The position numbers were made by a program, and so were the translations under genes. Positions 43,794-58,637 of a DNA stretch of 64,000 bases are shown in pieces. Each line of letters opens with the position of its first letter. Positions within the stretch are counted from its first letter, which is position 1. The notes under the pieces are model-generated. The model was not told where the DNA came from, did not search any database, and was given only the letters and a program-made list of their open reading frames with translations. The stretch is from the human T2T-CHM13v2.0 reference genome, Homo sapiens, in assembly GCF_009914755.1 (NCBI RefSeq), contig NC_060942.1; one strand, 5' to 3'.

Positions 43794-46137
43794 ATACTTA
43801 CTCTAGTTTTTAAAATTTTCCTTGCCAAATACCCACTGTCAGATTAAGAAAGTTTTCTTCTATTACTAAGCATAGTAAAGGGTTTTTTTTTTTAAACAAA
43901 TGGTTGTTGAATTTAAAGCTTTTTCTGCATTTGCAGAGGTAGCCATGGTTTTTCTCCAATAAACTATTAACGTGGTAAATTGTATTCATTTATACTGTCA
44001 TCTTACATTACCCTTACATTTGTTGGGCAAACCCAATGTGATTTTGTTTCAGATTTTTGCGTTGGTGTTCATAATTGCAAATAGTATATAAGTTGCCGTC
44101 TTCACACTGTTCTTATCTGGCTTTAGTGTCAGAGTAATATGAATCATGTAAAATGGGTTGTGGAGATTTTTTCTTCTTTATGTTGTCTGAAACTTTCCAT
44201 ATGTCTAACTTGAACTCTTCCTTGAGTAGTAGAAATCACATTAAAAATCTGACTTTCGTGGATTTTTTTTCATGGGTGTGAATATATTTGTAATTAATTA
44301 ACTCAATTTCTTTTGTTAACAGGGCTATTCAAAATTTCTATTTCTTTCTCAATCAGATTTGGTCAATTATATGTTTTTAGAAAATCATCCATTTCTTTAA
44401 TTTTTCAAGTGTATTATAAAAATTTCCCCTTATTTTTGTAATGTTTTTTGGTCACTATATCTATAATTGTATTTACCTGTCATTCCTGAATATGCTCATT
44501 TATGGCCCTTTTTCTTGAATAATTTTGATGGAACTTGTCTATTAGGTTTTTCACAATTATAAACCAGCTTTTAGTTTTGTTGATTTTTGTCTATACACCT
44601 TCGTTTTCCTATTTTATTAGTCTTTGCTCTTTATTTTTTTCCTTTTGCCTTCTTTGAATTTATTCCACTGTTGCCTTTCCAATTGTTGAGCTGATCACTC
44701 ATTAATTTTTACTCTTTCTTTTCTTCTAATATAAATACTTAAGACAATAAATTTCCTTCTAAATACTACTTTAGAGGTATTCTACAAAACTTCATATTCA
44801 GCTTTTTCATTATGGTACCCTTTAAATGTATTCTAATTGTCCATGTTTTTTTTTCTGACCTAAGTTATTAGACATGTTTTAGTTTTTCCAATTATATGGA
44901 TTTTTTTCAAATTTATCTCCTTGTTATTGATTTTCAATGCAGTTGCATTATGATCAGTAAGGTAGCTCGTGTGAAACCAGTTTGTGGCATTCATTCTTGA
45001 GCTTTGTGACACAATTGATGGTCAATTTTTGAGTAGTCCTTATATATTTGAAAGAATATGTTTTCTCCCATTTGGGCACCAGGTTATATACATGTTAATC
45101 TATTAGATAAAACTTATTAATTGGGTTAAACAAATCTATTATATGCATAACAGTTTTATCAATTACTGTGCAAGAGGTATTACAAACCTCTTTACTCTGA
45201 TTGTTGATTAGGTTTGGCTGGATACAGCAGGGAAGAATTCCCACAAAATAATAATAGCTTACAAAAGTTAGAAGTTTGTCTGAACTTATTTTATGAGGAA
45301 GATAAATAAACTCTATCTATGCCTTAGTGTCCAGAGCTGATGGAAATAGTTCCATAGTGAGCCTGGAATATTGAATTTGGTTACTCCCTCCCTGTAGCTG
45401 CCAGGGATGGTGGTTTCTTCCCTCCATTTTCTCTGCCACCTATGAGTGATAGCCATAGGTGACTCACCTTTTCTAGGGAGAACATCTGTGGGACTCATGG
45501 CAGTCTGTAATATGAAAGTCACATCTTTCTCCTGCACTGAGATCTGTGTTCCCCACCTTGCAGGTATATTTTTCACTGAATCCAGGTAGGATTTTACCCA
45601 AGCTATATCCTTGGATAAATAAATTGGCAAAATATATTTCATAAATATTTTTCTCTTTGTTTTGGAGATTTTTTTCCATAAGTGAAGGCCTCAATTGTCC
45701 ATAACAGATTTTATTCTCCAGAGATCCATCAGACTCCTTTACATAGCTAACCCCTTTCCTTATATGTCATACGGTTACTTGATTTTCTCTACTCCCACTC
45801 ATTCTCTGATTTAACATCTCCTGTGATACTCACCCTGTGGTTTCTCTCCAAGGCTTTCACACACATTTTCAGTGAACAGTCCAGACTCTTGTGTGATGTT
45901 ACTAATACCACTGCCTGTCCTTTGACCATGCTGAGTCCTTGGATGCTTCTTGACATAGAATGTCATAGAATGAAATTTCCTTAATTCTATTCACATTTCA
46001 GCCCATTGCAAGTTTTTTTGTCCTCATCTGTCATCTCATTGCCTTGTTCAATTATTCTAAAGAAGTGTATTGTGAGACTGATATATAGTAAAATATTTTT
46101 AGTGCATGTATAATAGAAAATAGTTTTATAAAATCAC

Positions 46138-46263
46138 TTTTTTTAAAATTTTAGATTTGGTGGTACATGTGCTGGTTTGTTAATCGGTATCTTTCATGAT
46201 GCTGAGGTTTAAGCTTCTAATGATCCTGTTACCCAAATAATGAATGTATTACCTGATAGATAG
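46138..46263 (-). mobile_element. Short 5'-truncated primate L1 3' end
   Basis: ggtacatgtgctggtttgtt...tgatgctgaggttt...gatcctgttacccaa; flanked by 15-bp duplication tagaaaatagtttta. Confidence 0.75.
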
Positions 46264-46651
46264 GTAGAAAATAGTTTTAGATTGAAAGCTGATTCTAGCT
46301 CATCTACGTCTTAACATAGACCAACTGTAAAATATATATAGAATGTATATACATTCCTGGAATACTTCTATAACTCCCATTCTTGAGGGCTGCTTACATG
46401 TCAAGCATGTTGCTTGCTATTTTCTGTCTGTTACCACCTTTTCTCCTGCGAGCACACTCACAGTATGATACTTTTCCCCAATTTACAGACAAAAATCTGA
46501 AACAAGAAGACCCGAGGCATTCAGTGATTTTCCCCAAGCATTGCCTAGGTACCGGCAGACCCTCAATTCTAACCAAGGTCTGACTGGTGCTTACTTCAGT
46601 ACTTTTAATCACAGGCCAAGCAACTGAAACATTAACTCATTGTATCTCCAG

Positions 46652-46786
46652 GTCATCACCGAGTGGTCTTCTCACATCATCCTTCAGGCAGCACCAAGAG
46701 TCACTGGCAGCAGAGAGAGAGAGGCGGCGGCAGGAGAGAGAAGAAAGGTTGCAGAGAATAGAGCGGGAAGAAAGAAACAAATTCAG
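46652..46786 (+). CDS. FHOD3: FHOD3 exon 15 (135 nt) SSPSGLLTSSFRQHQESLAAERERRRQEREERLQRIEREERNKF(S)
   Basis: tctccAG|GTCA acceptor; CAG|GTAAGA donor; matches ORF 46587..46790. Cumulative numbering puts CGG at 46725-46727 as Arg637, a known HCM residue. Confidence 0.97.
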
Positions 46787-47788
46787 GTAAGAAGGATCTT
46801 AAGATTTTTTTTAAATAGTGAGTTAAAAATTAAAGCATGTGACTTTACAACTGTATACATTTAATATTGGCATTAAAGGAAGTAATGAAAATTCTGTCTG
46901 TATTTTTAAGGAAGAGAAAGACATACCTGAAATAGGCTGGATCTGGTTTGTTATGGCTTTTGTTTCTCTAACCATATGGCAGGAAGCACAGTCAGCCAAA
47001 TACAATTAGGGACTCATGTATTCTTGGGCCCTCCATTACCTACCTCGTCCTATCCAGGCCCTCCGGATGACAGAGAGTGTAATTATCTTAACTTAATTTG
47101 CCATCTCTTCCTAATGGTCCTCATGTTTTATTCATATTCTATCAGATGCCCAAAAAGAAATGCTTTTCCCACTTTCTGGTTTGCTTTTTGATCCCTGTAA
47201 CAATCTTCAATATTTTTTGTAAACAATAATCTCTTGCTATGTGGGGGGAAAAGTCATTGTGTTGATTACTCTCAGCCCATTTCCCCCGATCTCCTGGTCT
47301 CTGTACAGCTTCAAGGATGTGTTCCTGGCTATAGCTCATTCCAGGTTCCATATCTTGGCCTGTCTGTCCCCACTGATCCCAGTGTGCCTCGGCTTCTCCT
47401 TCAGCCAGTCCACCTGTTCTCCACATTCTCCAGGTCATCCTCCTTCACACCCATCCCCTGGGCTTCATGCTGTGCTGTGCTTTATGGAATGAAAAACAGT
47501 TGCTGTATCTCTCCTTACACATTACTTCCTTCTCCTCTTCCTTATATCCTTTTTCCCTTTTCCCCCTTTCTTCCCCACCTCCTCCTATACTTTCTCTTCC
47601 TTCTTAATCCTTTGAAGTCATTTACCCTATAGCTTCTACATTCTTTCTTTTCATTTTTCTCCCCATCTCTACCTCCTGTTTCCTTAGTTCAGTTTCTTTG
47701 GCAAACAATATTCCCATCAATTATTCCCCATTATATCTACAAGGAATGTAAGGCATTGTTAATGAGGATTTACAGATTTAATAACGTG

Positions 47789-48264
<476 letters not shown>

Positions 48265-48689
48265 TGAAGTAAACCAACATCATTTCCCATCAAGATAGTG
48301 TAGCATACCCTGAGCTGTCACATTTCTACCAAACGATATTTGGAAATGCCAGCTCTGTATGCACCATTTTTCATGAGGGTAGTTCTGGAAGTTGTCACTT
48401 TTAGAAAGGCCAATTTTTTAAATCTCTGGAACAGGTTAAATGCTTCCTGATTTATGGTTTTCTGGGAGATTGGCATATTTTACCACCAAATAGCAGCAGA
48501 GAATCTGAGTGAAATACATGGAAAATTCAGAGATTAGCTTACATCCAAAGTGTTTTATTGAAAACCTCTTGAAACAGGGTGCTGGTTCTGGGGAAAATGG
48601 AATTCATTCACTCCATCCTGTCTCTCCTTCATTGCTGAATGCAACCATAAGTCATGGAGAGAATGTGTGGAACTCTGAAAACTCTGAAA

Positions 48690-50318
<1,629 letters not shown>

Positions 50319-51060
50319 CATGTGTTATAATATACAGGAATTATGTTATTCATATGTATATGTTGGCAGAGTAAGAATTAGGCCTGGAAAGGTTGTCATC
50401 AGAGGCCATGCTAATAACTGTTAACCATTTGCTCTTGATTTCAAGTGATTCTAACTTGTCATTTAAGAACACAGAGAGACCTTGGCAAAATGGCCCTCCT
50501 CCACTCATCCAAAATGAATGCTAATCAACCATAGGCAACTACTAATTATGGTGACTGCAGTTCCATATTTCTGAGGATGTGAATGAAAAGAAATTCAAAA
50601 AATAAATAGGAAAAGCTTTCTAAAGTAGTTCCTGAGGTTACCCAAATGACTGACCTTTTATCAGCCATTTCATTGATTTAAATTGTTTATGCTCCTCGTG
50701 CTTTTTGCAAAGCATCTAAAAGTTGTTCTTTATCTATTGTCATTTTTGTTGAATATGGTCTTAAGCTTTCTGAGTTATAGGAAATTTAGTTCTAGTGTGG
50801 AAAGTGATGAGGTTGGATGTTTATAAACGATGACAAATCTGAGTCCTTGTTGCATTTTTCTCCCGGTCCTACACTGCTGTAGTCTAACTTACTGCCCCTT
50901 TATATCCAGTTATCAGTACACCAAGAAATAGAATATTTAAACTATATTATGAGGTCCAGTGTTGAAAACCATGATGTTAGGATTCTCCAAGAAAGTAAAC
51001 AGTCCAGTGAGAGATGACTAACCACATAGTCTTAAACTTAGATTCAATTTGGAACCTAAC

Positions 51061-51131
51061 CAGCAGGAACAGAAAAACAAAACATTAAAATTAAGAAAAC
51101 AGCAGGAACAGAAAAACAAAACATAAAATTT
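51061..51131. repeat. Tandem duplication, 39-nt period (cagcaggaacagaaaaacaaaacat...)
   Basis: Read directly. Confidence 0.85.
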
Positions 51132-51238
51132 GGGCATCTGTGGGTACAGACAAAAGAGAAGGAACAAAGCAGGAGCTTCAGTGATCCTAGAATAGAAACT
51201 GAGAATGTAATGGATGTGGAGAAGGAATCCTGGGTTGT

Positions 51239-51866
51239 CACTGTGGATGACAGTGTGGCGATTCCTCAGAGACCTAGAACCAGAAATGCCATTTGACCCA
51301 GCAATCCGATTACTGGGTATATACCCAAAGGAATATAAATCATTCTATCTTAAAGACATATGCATACGTATGTTCATTACAGCACTATTCACAATAGTAA
51401 AGACATGGAATCAACCCAAATGCCCATCAATTGATAGACTGGATAAAGAAAATATGGTACATATACACCATGGAATACTATGTAGCCATAAAAAGGAATG
51501 AGATCACATCCTTCGCAAGGACATGGATGGCACTGGAAGCCATCATTCTCAGCAAACTAATGCAGGAACAGAAAACCAAACACCACATGTTCTTACTCAT
51601 AAGTGGGAGCTGAACAGTGAGAACACATGGACATAGGGAGGGGACCTGTGTCCATGTGTTCTCACTGTTCTGTGTGAGAACAACACACACTGGGGCCTGT
51701 CAGTGGGGGGATTGGGGAGGGAGAGCATCAGGATAAATAGCTAAGGCATGTTGGGCTTAATACTTAGGTGACGGGTTGATAGGTGCAGCAAACCACCCTG
51801 GCACACATTTACCTATGTAACAGACCTGCACACCCCTCATGTATCCTGGAAATAAAAAAAAAAAAA
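51239..51866 (+). mobile_element. 5'-truncated L1PA (ORF2 C-terminus + 3'UTR + poly-A) with internal hairpin
   Basis: ORF 51214..51501 gives WRFLRDLEPEMPFDPAIRLLGIYPKEYKSF (L1 ORF2p); TSD aatcctgggttgt at 51226-51238 and 51867-51879. Confidence 0.93.
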
Positions 51867-52341
51867 AATCCTGGGTTGTGGAAGGAATATTCAGCTTGTG
51901 GAGTGCAACATAGAATGGCCAAGGAACTTAGATTTAATTCTTAAGATGGCTGTTATGAAGCTACCAGAGCTCAACTGGATGCTAATCACCTCCAAAAGCT
52001 ATTGCTTGCTTGTTATTGCTGTATTTTATTTATGGATTTTTTAAAAACTTCTCTTTCCTCAGATACTTACATTCTTTCCAACAAGTAATTAGTAGTGTTT
52101 CTGGGTGAATCCAATAATCCTATGTTTTCTGCAATCCCTGTGATTGTATTGAAGATCGATTGTATTTAATAATTTTGAAGTACAGGCTTTAAACTTTTAA
52201 AAATTCAGCTACAACCATTTTACATTTCTGAGGCAGTGCCAGTCTTTCATGATATACTGTTTATAATTTATTGGTAATTTTCTGAGTATCTAATTCTGTT
52301 ACTTTCTTTTCCTGTTTGTTTGTTCTACATATTTCCATTAG

Positions 52342-52392
52342 CCGAGATTATTTAGACAAAAGAGAGGAGCAAAGGCAAGCAAGAGAAGAAAG
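52342..52392 (+). CDS. FHOD3: FHOD3 exon 16 (51 nt cassette) (S)RDYLDKREEQRQAREE(R)
   Basis: ttccattAG|CCGA acceptor; AAG|GTTTGT donor; phase 2/2; purine-rich island in AT-rich intron; in frame with exons 15 and 17. Confidence 0.93.
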
Positions 52393-52829
52393 GTTTGTAT
52401 ATTTCTTCTTTCCCATTGTAACAAATGGCATGTGACTTTGCACTGTTAACCTAGCATGCAGAGAGACTGTCGATTAAAATATAACTGCTTCACCTAAAAC
52501 CTTACATAGCTGGCATTTTGCAGAACAGAGTGTACTAGTTACCTAAATTTTCCAATAAAAGTATGGAGTTGTCATTTGGTGCCATCATGGTTAAGTGTGT
52601 CTATTCCTTCAAATGAGCACGTTTATGTTAGCATAATGACATAGGGCATATATTTGAAATACCCTGCACCACCACTGCTGAGCCTGGACTACATGTTCCT
52701 AATGCATGCTTTTATGTCACATGGTCAGCACTCCTTCAAGAAATATTTTAGTATCCACACTGTGCCAGGCAGCAGCTGGGGGCACTAGATATATCTGAGA
52801 CTCTTTCTGGATGTGCCTGGTCACTTACC

Positions 52830-52975
52830 TGTCTCCCTACTGAACTGTACTCAGCTCCTCGATGGCAGGAACAATGCCTAGATTTCCTTTATTTCCCCAG
52901 TACCCACCACAGTGCTTGGCATGTAGTTGGGACTTAGGAATAATATATGGAATCAGTAAATGAGTAAATGAACCA
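52830..52975 (+). mobile_element. L2 3' end
   Basis: ccccagtacccaccacagtgcttggcatgtagttgg...taaatgagtaaatgaa. Confidence 0.6.
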
Positions 52976-55324
52976 ACAGCTTTATTTAAAATATTCAAGC
53001 TGTAAACTACTTTATTTCTTTTTTTCATTTTAAAAACTACTTTATTTATGGTACGAATCTTTGTGGTTTGTGATGCTAACTAGAAAATGCATGAATACAT
53101 TTTTAAATTTCTATCCACAGAATATTTGTATACAATTTTGTGAGAAAAACATATATGAGATACATTACTTTATAAGATTAAGAAGTATGTTATTAAAATG
53201 TTGCTGTAATATTCGAACCAGCCTAGGTTATATAACAGAGCAGCTCAAAACTCTGGTGTTGATCAGTAGTATATTTCAATGGCAACATGCTTTGAATCTC
53301 AATAAAAGATACAAAGATGTTCAGTGTCTAATAAATGCAGAGAAACAGTGGAAACTGGTTTTACAAGTAGACTGGCAAAAGACAAGTTTTCACCCCCAGC
53401 TCTTTATAGCCTGCAGTTGTCCCCTCTACCACCAGGTGGGGTGACTGCATGGAGAGATGGAAAGACTGCTTTTAACACCTTTTATGCTGGAGCCAGCTGG
53501 GAACCTAACAATTTCTGGACTGGGCCAATAAGAAGTAGAATTGTGCTAATTTTCTAAACACCAGCTAAATACATCAGGACAGTCTCTGAGGCAGGGAAGA
53601 GTGGAGACTGCCTGTCTTCAATTTAAGAATTAGATGCTTAGATCAACCTCTTAAATAAAATGATGGCATTACTTTGATTCCAACATTCTATTTGATTATT
53701 GTCATCCTAATAACCAGTTGTGGCTGGCAAATCTAGAGTGAAACATGCTGCTAAAGAAATAGGAAGCTTATATTTCTCACTAGTACCTGTTTTTTACATC
53801 AGAGGGCATCACATATACTTTCACTGAAAATGCGGTTGACTTCCTGCCCAGGCATAAGGAACTAAATTTTATTATTTTAGTTCTCCCCCCAGATTCTGTA
53901 CTTATTTGAGCTTTCAACAACTTGACTGTTAGGTTAAGTCTACACAGACAAGGCTTGGCAGCTCCTGGGGAGGTGGTTTAAGTGCTGTGTCAAGATCTGA
54001 ACTGGCTCAGCTGACTTCAAAATTTCCCCAAACCACGGAAGTCCAGCTCTTTCTGGATATTATTTACTGCTCTTTTTTGTCCAAACAAGACTTCACTTAT
54101 GTCTGGCAAACTCGTAAGAGGAGGTTGCTGCTTCTCCTCTCTCCTCTGGTTCTGCCCATAGTCTTTGCTCCCAGGCTGCCCATCAGCCTGGACACAGGAG
54201 TGTGCTCCCCAGGCCCACTGTGGGATTCTTCCCTTGAAGCCACCTCTCTGTTTACACGGAGGTCTAGGGAAGCAGGCATGCATTTTCCTTTGGTTTGGCT
54301 CAGCCATTTTTCTTGTTAGTTTTCTTCTTGAATAACCTGGTGAAGATGGGAGTTAGGGGAAATATAGACTTTCATCCCTGTTTCAAAAGCTTTTAAGAGT
54401 TCCTACTAAGCCAGGAAAAAGTAAGATTTCCAAGTATAATGGAATTTGGAAATGGAAACTAGTAGAGATCAGAGGTGGGAAGTAGTACAGAAATAAGGAA
54501 AAGTAACTCTTCCAGATAGAGCAATGTGTGTTTGTCAAGTCCCACATCTCTTACCCTTAATGCAAGACTCAGAAAAAGACAGCCAGAGTCACAGCAGATG
54601 GTTTTTGAGGTTTGTATCATGTAACTGTAACAAGATGAATGTCATCTTATTTTGAGGTGTAGTGACCATCTGGATACATGTTATATTATTTCATATCATC
54701 TCACTCCATAATTTCAGACAAACTATGTTATTGGCAATGGTGCAGACCAGGAGTAAGTTTCTGTTGAGATGCTACTTCTCATCCTTTTAAGTATTAGAAG
54801 AAAGGCTTTATAGGATAATGATTGATTAAAATGACATTCACAAATAATTTAAAGGAGAAAAAAGAAGTGTGTGTAGTAAGGAATGAGCCAGGCTGGGGGT
54901 GTGTTGTGGGGTAGCACAGGAGGATACTTCTGTTTGGGTTTGTTAGTCTGAGGGAGACAGCAGGGCATGGAGAAGAAATGCTTTATAGCAAACAGGGGCT
55001 ATGGGAACAAAGTGCAAAGAAAAGGTTGGAACTGGGCTAGGGTTTTGGAAATTGTGCATGAAAATGATCAATGAAGCAGTAAGAAAGGGTTCTGAGCCTT
55101 GCTTAGAAGGACTGAGAACAGGGCAGAAGTTAAAGGGAGCCAGAGTTTACTTTAATGTAAGTAAGAATTTCCAAATAGAAGTGTGGCAGGAAAAGTCATC
55201 AGTAAGTAGGTCTAGGTTAATCTAAAGTCAAGCAGAGTTTCTGTAGGGCCCTGTGAAAAGAGACTGAGCCGCAGTACCAGCCCTGCCACTGAGCTCTGGC
55301 AGATGTTGGAGTTCATCCCAGTGG

Positions 55325-55480
55325 TTTATTTGTCTCTCTCTCCCACTGAACTGTGAGCTCTGTGAGGGTGGGATTTTTCCTTGTTTATTATTAAATCGTG
55401 AGTGCCCACTACAGTTCTTGGCACATGACAGGCACTTGACAAACGTTCAATAAATAAATGAAAAGATGAATGAACAAACA
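55325..55480 (+). mobile_element. L2 3' end
   Basis: actgtgagctctgtgagggtggg...acagttcttggcacatgacaggcact...aataaatgaaaagatgaatgaa. Confidence 0.7.
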
Positions 55481-55956
55481 AATGATATAGGCAGAGGATA
55501 AACGGGAATGTTTGGATGAAGGCAGCAAAAGTAGGAAGTCTTTTCTTGGGGCTGTGGTTTGTGGATGGAAAGCCCGGTGCTTCCCACAGAGGAGGCTCTG
55601 TCGGTCTGTGGATTGAGTGTGGCTTCGCATGGCAGCAGGGATACGTGACAGTCATTGCATGGGCCGGTGGGTCCTCAGATCAAGTACTATTGGGCCCCAT
55701 AGCACTTAAGTCATTGTCTAGGAAAAGGTCATGACATAGGTCCAGCTTCCTCCCCAAGAACTGCTGGAGGTTCTTGTGGGGCAGGAGGGGTCGCTAAGCT
55801 GTAACACCGTAAATGCCTGTGGCATGGCCGTCTCCGCGTACCAGCCCACCGCCTTCACCACTCTGGCCACTGCAGATGAACGCTGCTGCTGCTTTTTCAG
55901 AAAGGTTTAGTGCTCTTGACCTCCATGCCTCTCTGCCCCGCCATATAAAAAAAAAA

Positions 55957-56150
55957 CTTTTAATTATGATCAAATGCACATCACATGAAATTGACCATCT
56001 TAACCATTTTAAATGTGTATTTCAGTAGCATTAAGTGCATTCACATTGTTGTGTAACCAGTCTCCAGACTCTTCTCATCTTATACAACTGAACCTCTTTA
56101 TCCATGAAGCAACAACTCACCATCCCTCTACCTCTGCTTCTACCATTTTT
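55957..56150 (-). mobile_element. L1MB-type 3' end fragment
   Basis: accatcttaaccattttaaatgtgtatttcagtagcattaagtgcattcacattgttgtgtaacca. Confidence 0.75.
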
Positions 56151-58422
56151 GTCTAACACATAAACATCATGTTTTGGGACAATTCAGATTAAACCTCTAA
56201 CTCTTCCCATGTCTTACAGATCTTCAGTGATGGCATCTGTGAGGCCAAAGGGTACACAGGAATAGCATTTGAGTCAAATATATACAGGCTCTGGGATGAG
56301 TGGCCCCTGGAGTCTCCCAGAAAGTGGGTTAAACCCTTTGGCTCCCCACAAATTCCTGCCCACCTGGCTGCCCACAGAGAGGCATGCAGAAGGCCAGGAC
56401 CAGGAATGAGCCAGCAAAAATGAATGCAGCAAGTGGGATGTCCTCCTGGCTGGAAGCCTTTCATTGAGGGCTTCATCACCACCACCCACTCCAGACTCAT
56501 TTGATTTCTTGCAGTGGGATTCTGACCTCCTGAATTCCTGGACCTGTCCAGATTCTCTTATTTGCACTCATTTCTTGCCTGCCCCTTTATCCTGTGGCAG
56601 CAGTGTGGGAATGCCTGTGCTCACAACTCCTGGACTTAGGGCATTTCTGGCCTTGAACTTGCCACCATCCCATTTAACACATACCTGCTGGAGGCCCTGC
56701 CTCTTACCCTTAAAATTGTTTTCTTTCAAGGTTCTTGTTACTTCCACAGCCAAGTGGCTTTTTCTTGCTGGCCCGAATTAAGGCCACAAACACATTCCTT
56801 TTGTTGCCTCTCTTACCCCTCAAGAGGTGGTGCTCTTGGCCAAGCCTGAAGTGTTTGTGTCTACATATACATGCACTACACACCTTTTATCAGAGATTCA
56901 CCATGAATGCAAGCTCATTCCCCACAAAAATGAAATGGGATGCATTTGCTCCCTCAGCATCCTGGGCTGCAGGTGGACCTCTGCAGGTGGGGTGCCACTC
57001 TGCAGGCTTCTCCCTGCATGCTCTGCCTGCTTCCCATCAGCCCACAAATGCAAGGCACCGAGGGAAAGAACAGAGGATGGTAATCTTCCTGTTCATGAAA
57101 ATCCTATTATTTGCTTTTTGAAAACAGACATACACATGTGAACAGATGACTAAATATGCCAGGCAGTAAATGTAAAATGCCATCTGAGTTGAAGGGACTA
57201 CATATCCGACATGAGTTCAGAGGCAAGGGCAAGATCACTTCCAGCTGTGGTGGTCAAGTCAGCCTTCCTGGAGGGAGATGTGCATGCAAGTGTGGTCCGA
57301 AGGGTGGACTGCCTTTGGGCTGGCAGGGAAAAGGGGTGAGGATTACAGATCGAGAAACCACACCCACCTTGAGGATGGGATGCAAAAAATGCATGCTTTT
57401 TAAATGCATTGTTTTAAAATATTTTAATTATGTGCTCTGCCTTTCTTATCTGGGTAAATGAGGAACACCATGTCTAATGCCCATTGTGAGGAACTGAAGC
57501 AGTGAATTGGATAGATGCAAAGTGAGGGTCTTGAGTAAGCTGTTCCAAAGTTTAGTGGTAGGTAAGATAGTAAGAAACCTGTTACAGCTGAATGCATAAA
57601 TTTATTTCTGAAAAAATAATGGTGAGTAAAATTAGCAGACATCTGGAAGAGGCACACATTTCAAAGTTATTTTGGTCTGATCTATAAAGCGCACTATGAG
57701 GAATATGATTGGTAGCTGGTCTTAATAAACAGTTAGTGGGTTCTGCCTGCCTGAAATGCAAAACAGATGTATCTTTGTTCTTTTAAACTGACTTTGATGA
57801 ATAAACTCTATGTGACGTCAGGTTCAAGCTATTGGATGTCTGATTCCTACTCAGAAATATTTTAGAATATAAAAAAAGTTTCCATGGTCAGCACTGAGAG
57901 AACAAAGTGAATTCCAGTTACATTGCTGTTAGTATTGAAGCAGGTTCAGAAATTCAGAGAGGCAGGCCTTCATCCAAGCAACCCCCTTTGGTATATGGGG
58001 GACATTTTTTTTCTCTCTGCCACACCAAGGCACCCACCCATTTCACAGCTGTGAGCTCCGAGGGGGTTTGGTTTTCAGCCATCACTCTTGAGGCTTTTTG
58101 GTGGTGGTTATTGCTGTTTTGCTTATTTACAAATGTTCCCTAAAAGAGCAAGATAGGATTCTGCAGCAGTGATCCAGTATCTAGGGACTGTGTGATGCTG
58201 CCATTTCCCCCAATTTGCTTGGTTATGAGTGACGTGGGATTTTTAATCATTAGCATCTTGGCTTTGCTGGGTGTTTTTGGCAGGCTGACCCTCCAGCCAG
58301 CCCTGCACTGTGCTGTGTGCATCAGGAAACCGGCTCATTCTGCAGGTGTTTCATCCATAAACAAGCATCAGCCACAGGCTCCTCTTTCGTTTGACGGAAA
58401 CCCTTTGGAATTTAACTTTCAG

Positions 58423-58637
58423 ATACAAATACTTGGAACAGTTGGCAGCTGAGGAGCACGAGAAGGAGCTGAGAAGCCGGAGTGTGAGCCGGGGCAGAGC
58501 CGACCTCTCCTTGGACCTGACCTCGCCAGGAGCCCCAGCCTGCCTGGCTCCTCTGAGCCATAGCCCCTCATCTTCAGACTCTCAAGAGGCTCTCACGGTG
58601 TCTGCCTCCTCCCCAGGAACCCCTCACCATCCCCAAG
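58423..58637 (+). CDS. FHOD3: FHOD3 exon 17 (215 nt) YKYLEQLAAEEHEKELRSRSVSRGRADLSLDLTSPGAPACL...GTPHHPQ
   Basis: aactttcAG|ATAC acceptor; CAAG|GTGAGT donor; phase 2/1; matches ORF 58391..58807 core. Confidence 0.96.

Noticed and set aside
51214-51613. L1 ORF2p-like ORFs as a protein-coding gene
   Set aside because: Frameshifted C-terminal remnant of a 5'-truncated L1.
53429-53442. CTCF-like CCACCAGGTGGGGT
   Set aside because: Partial match only; cannot be supported without ChIP data.
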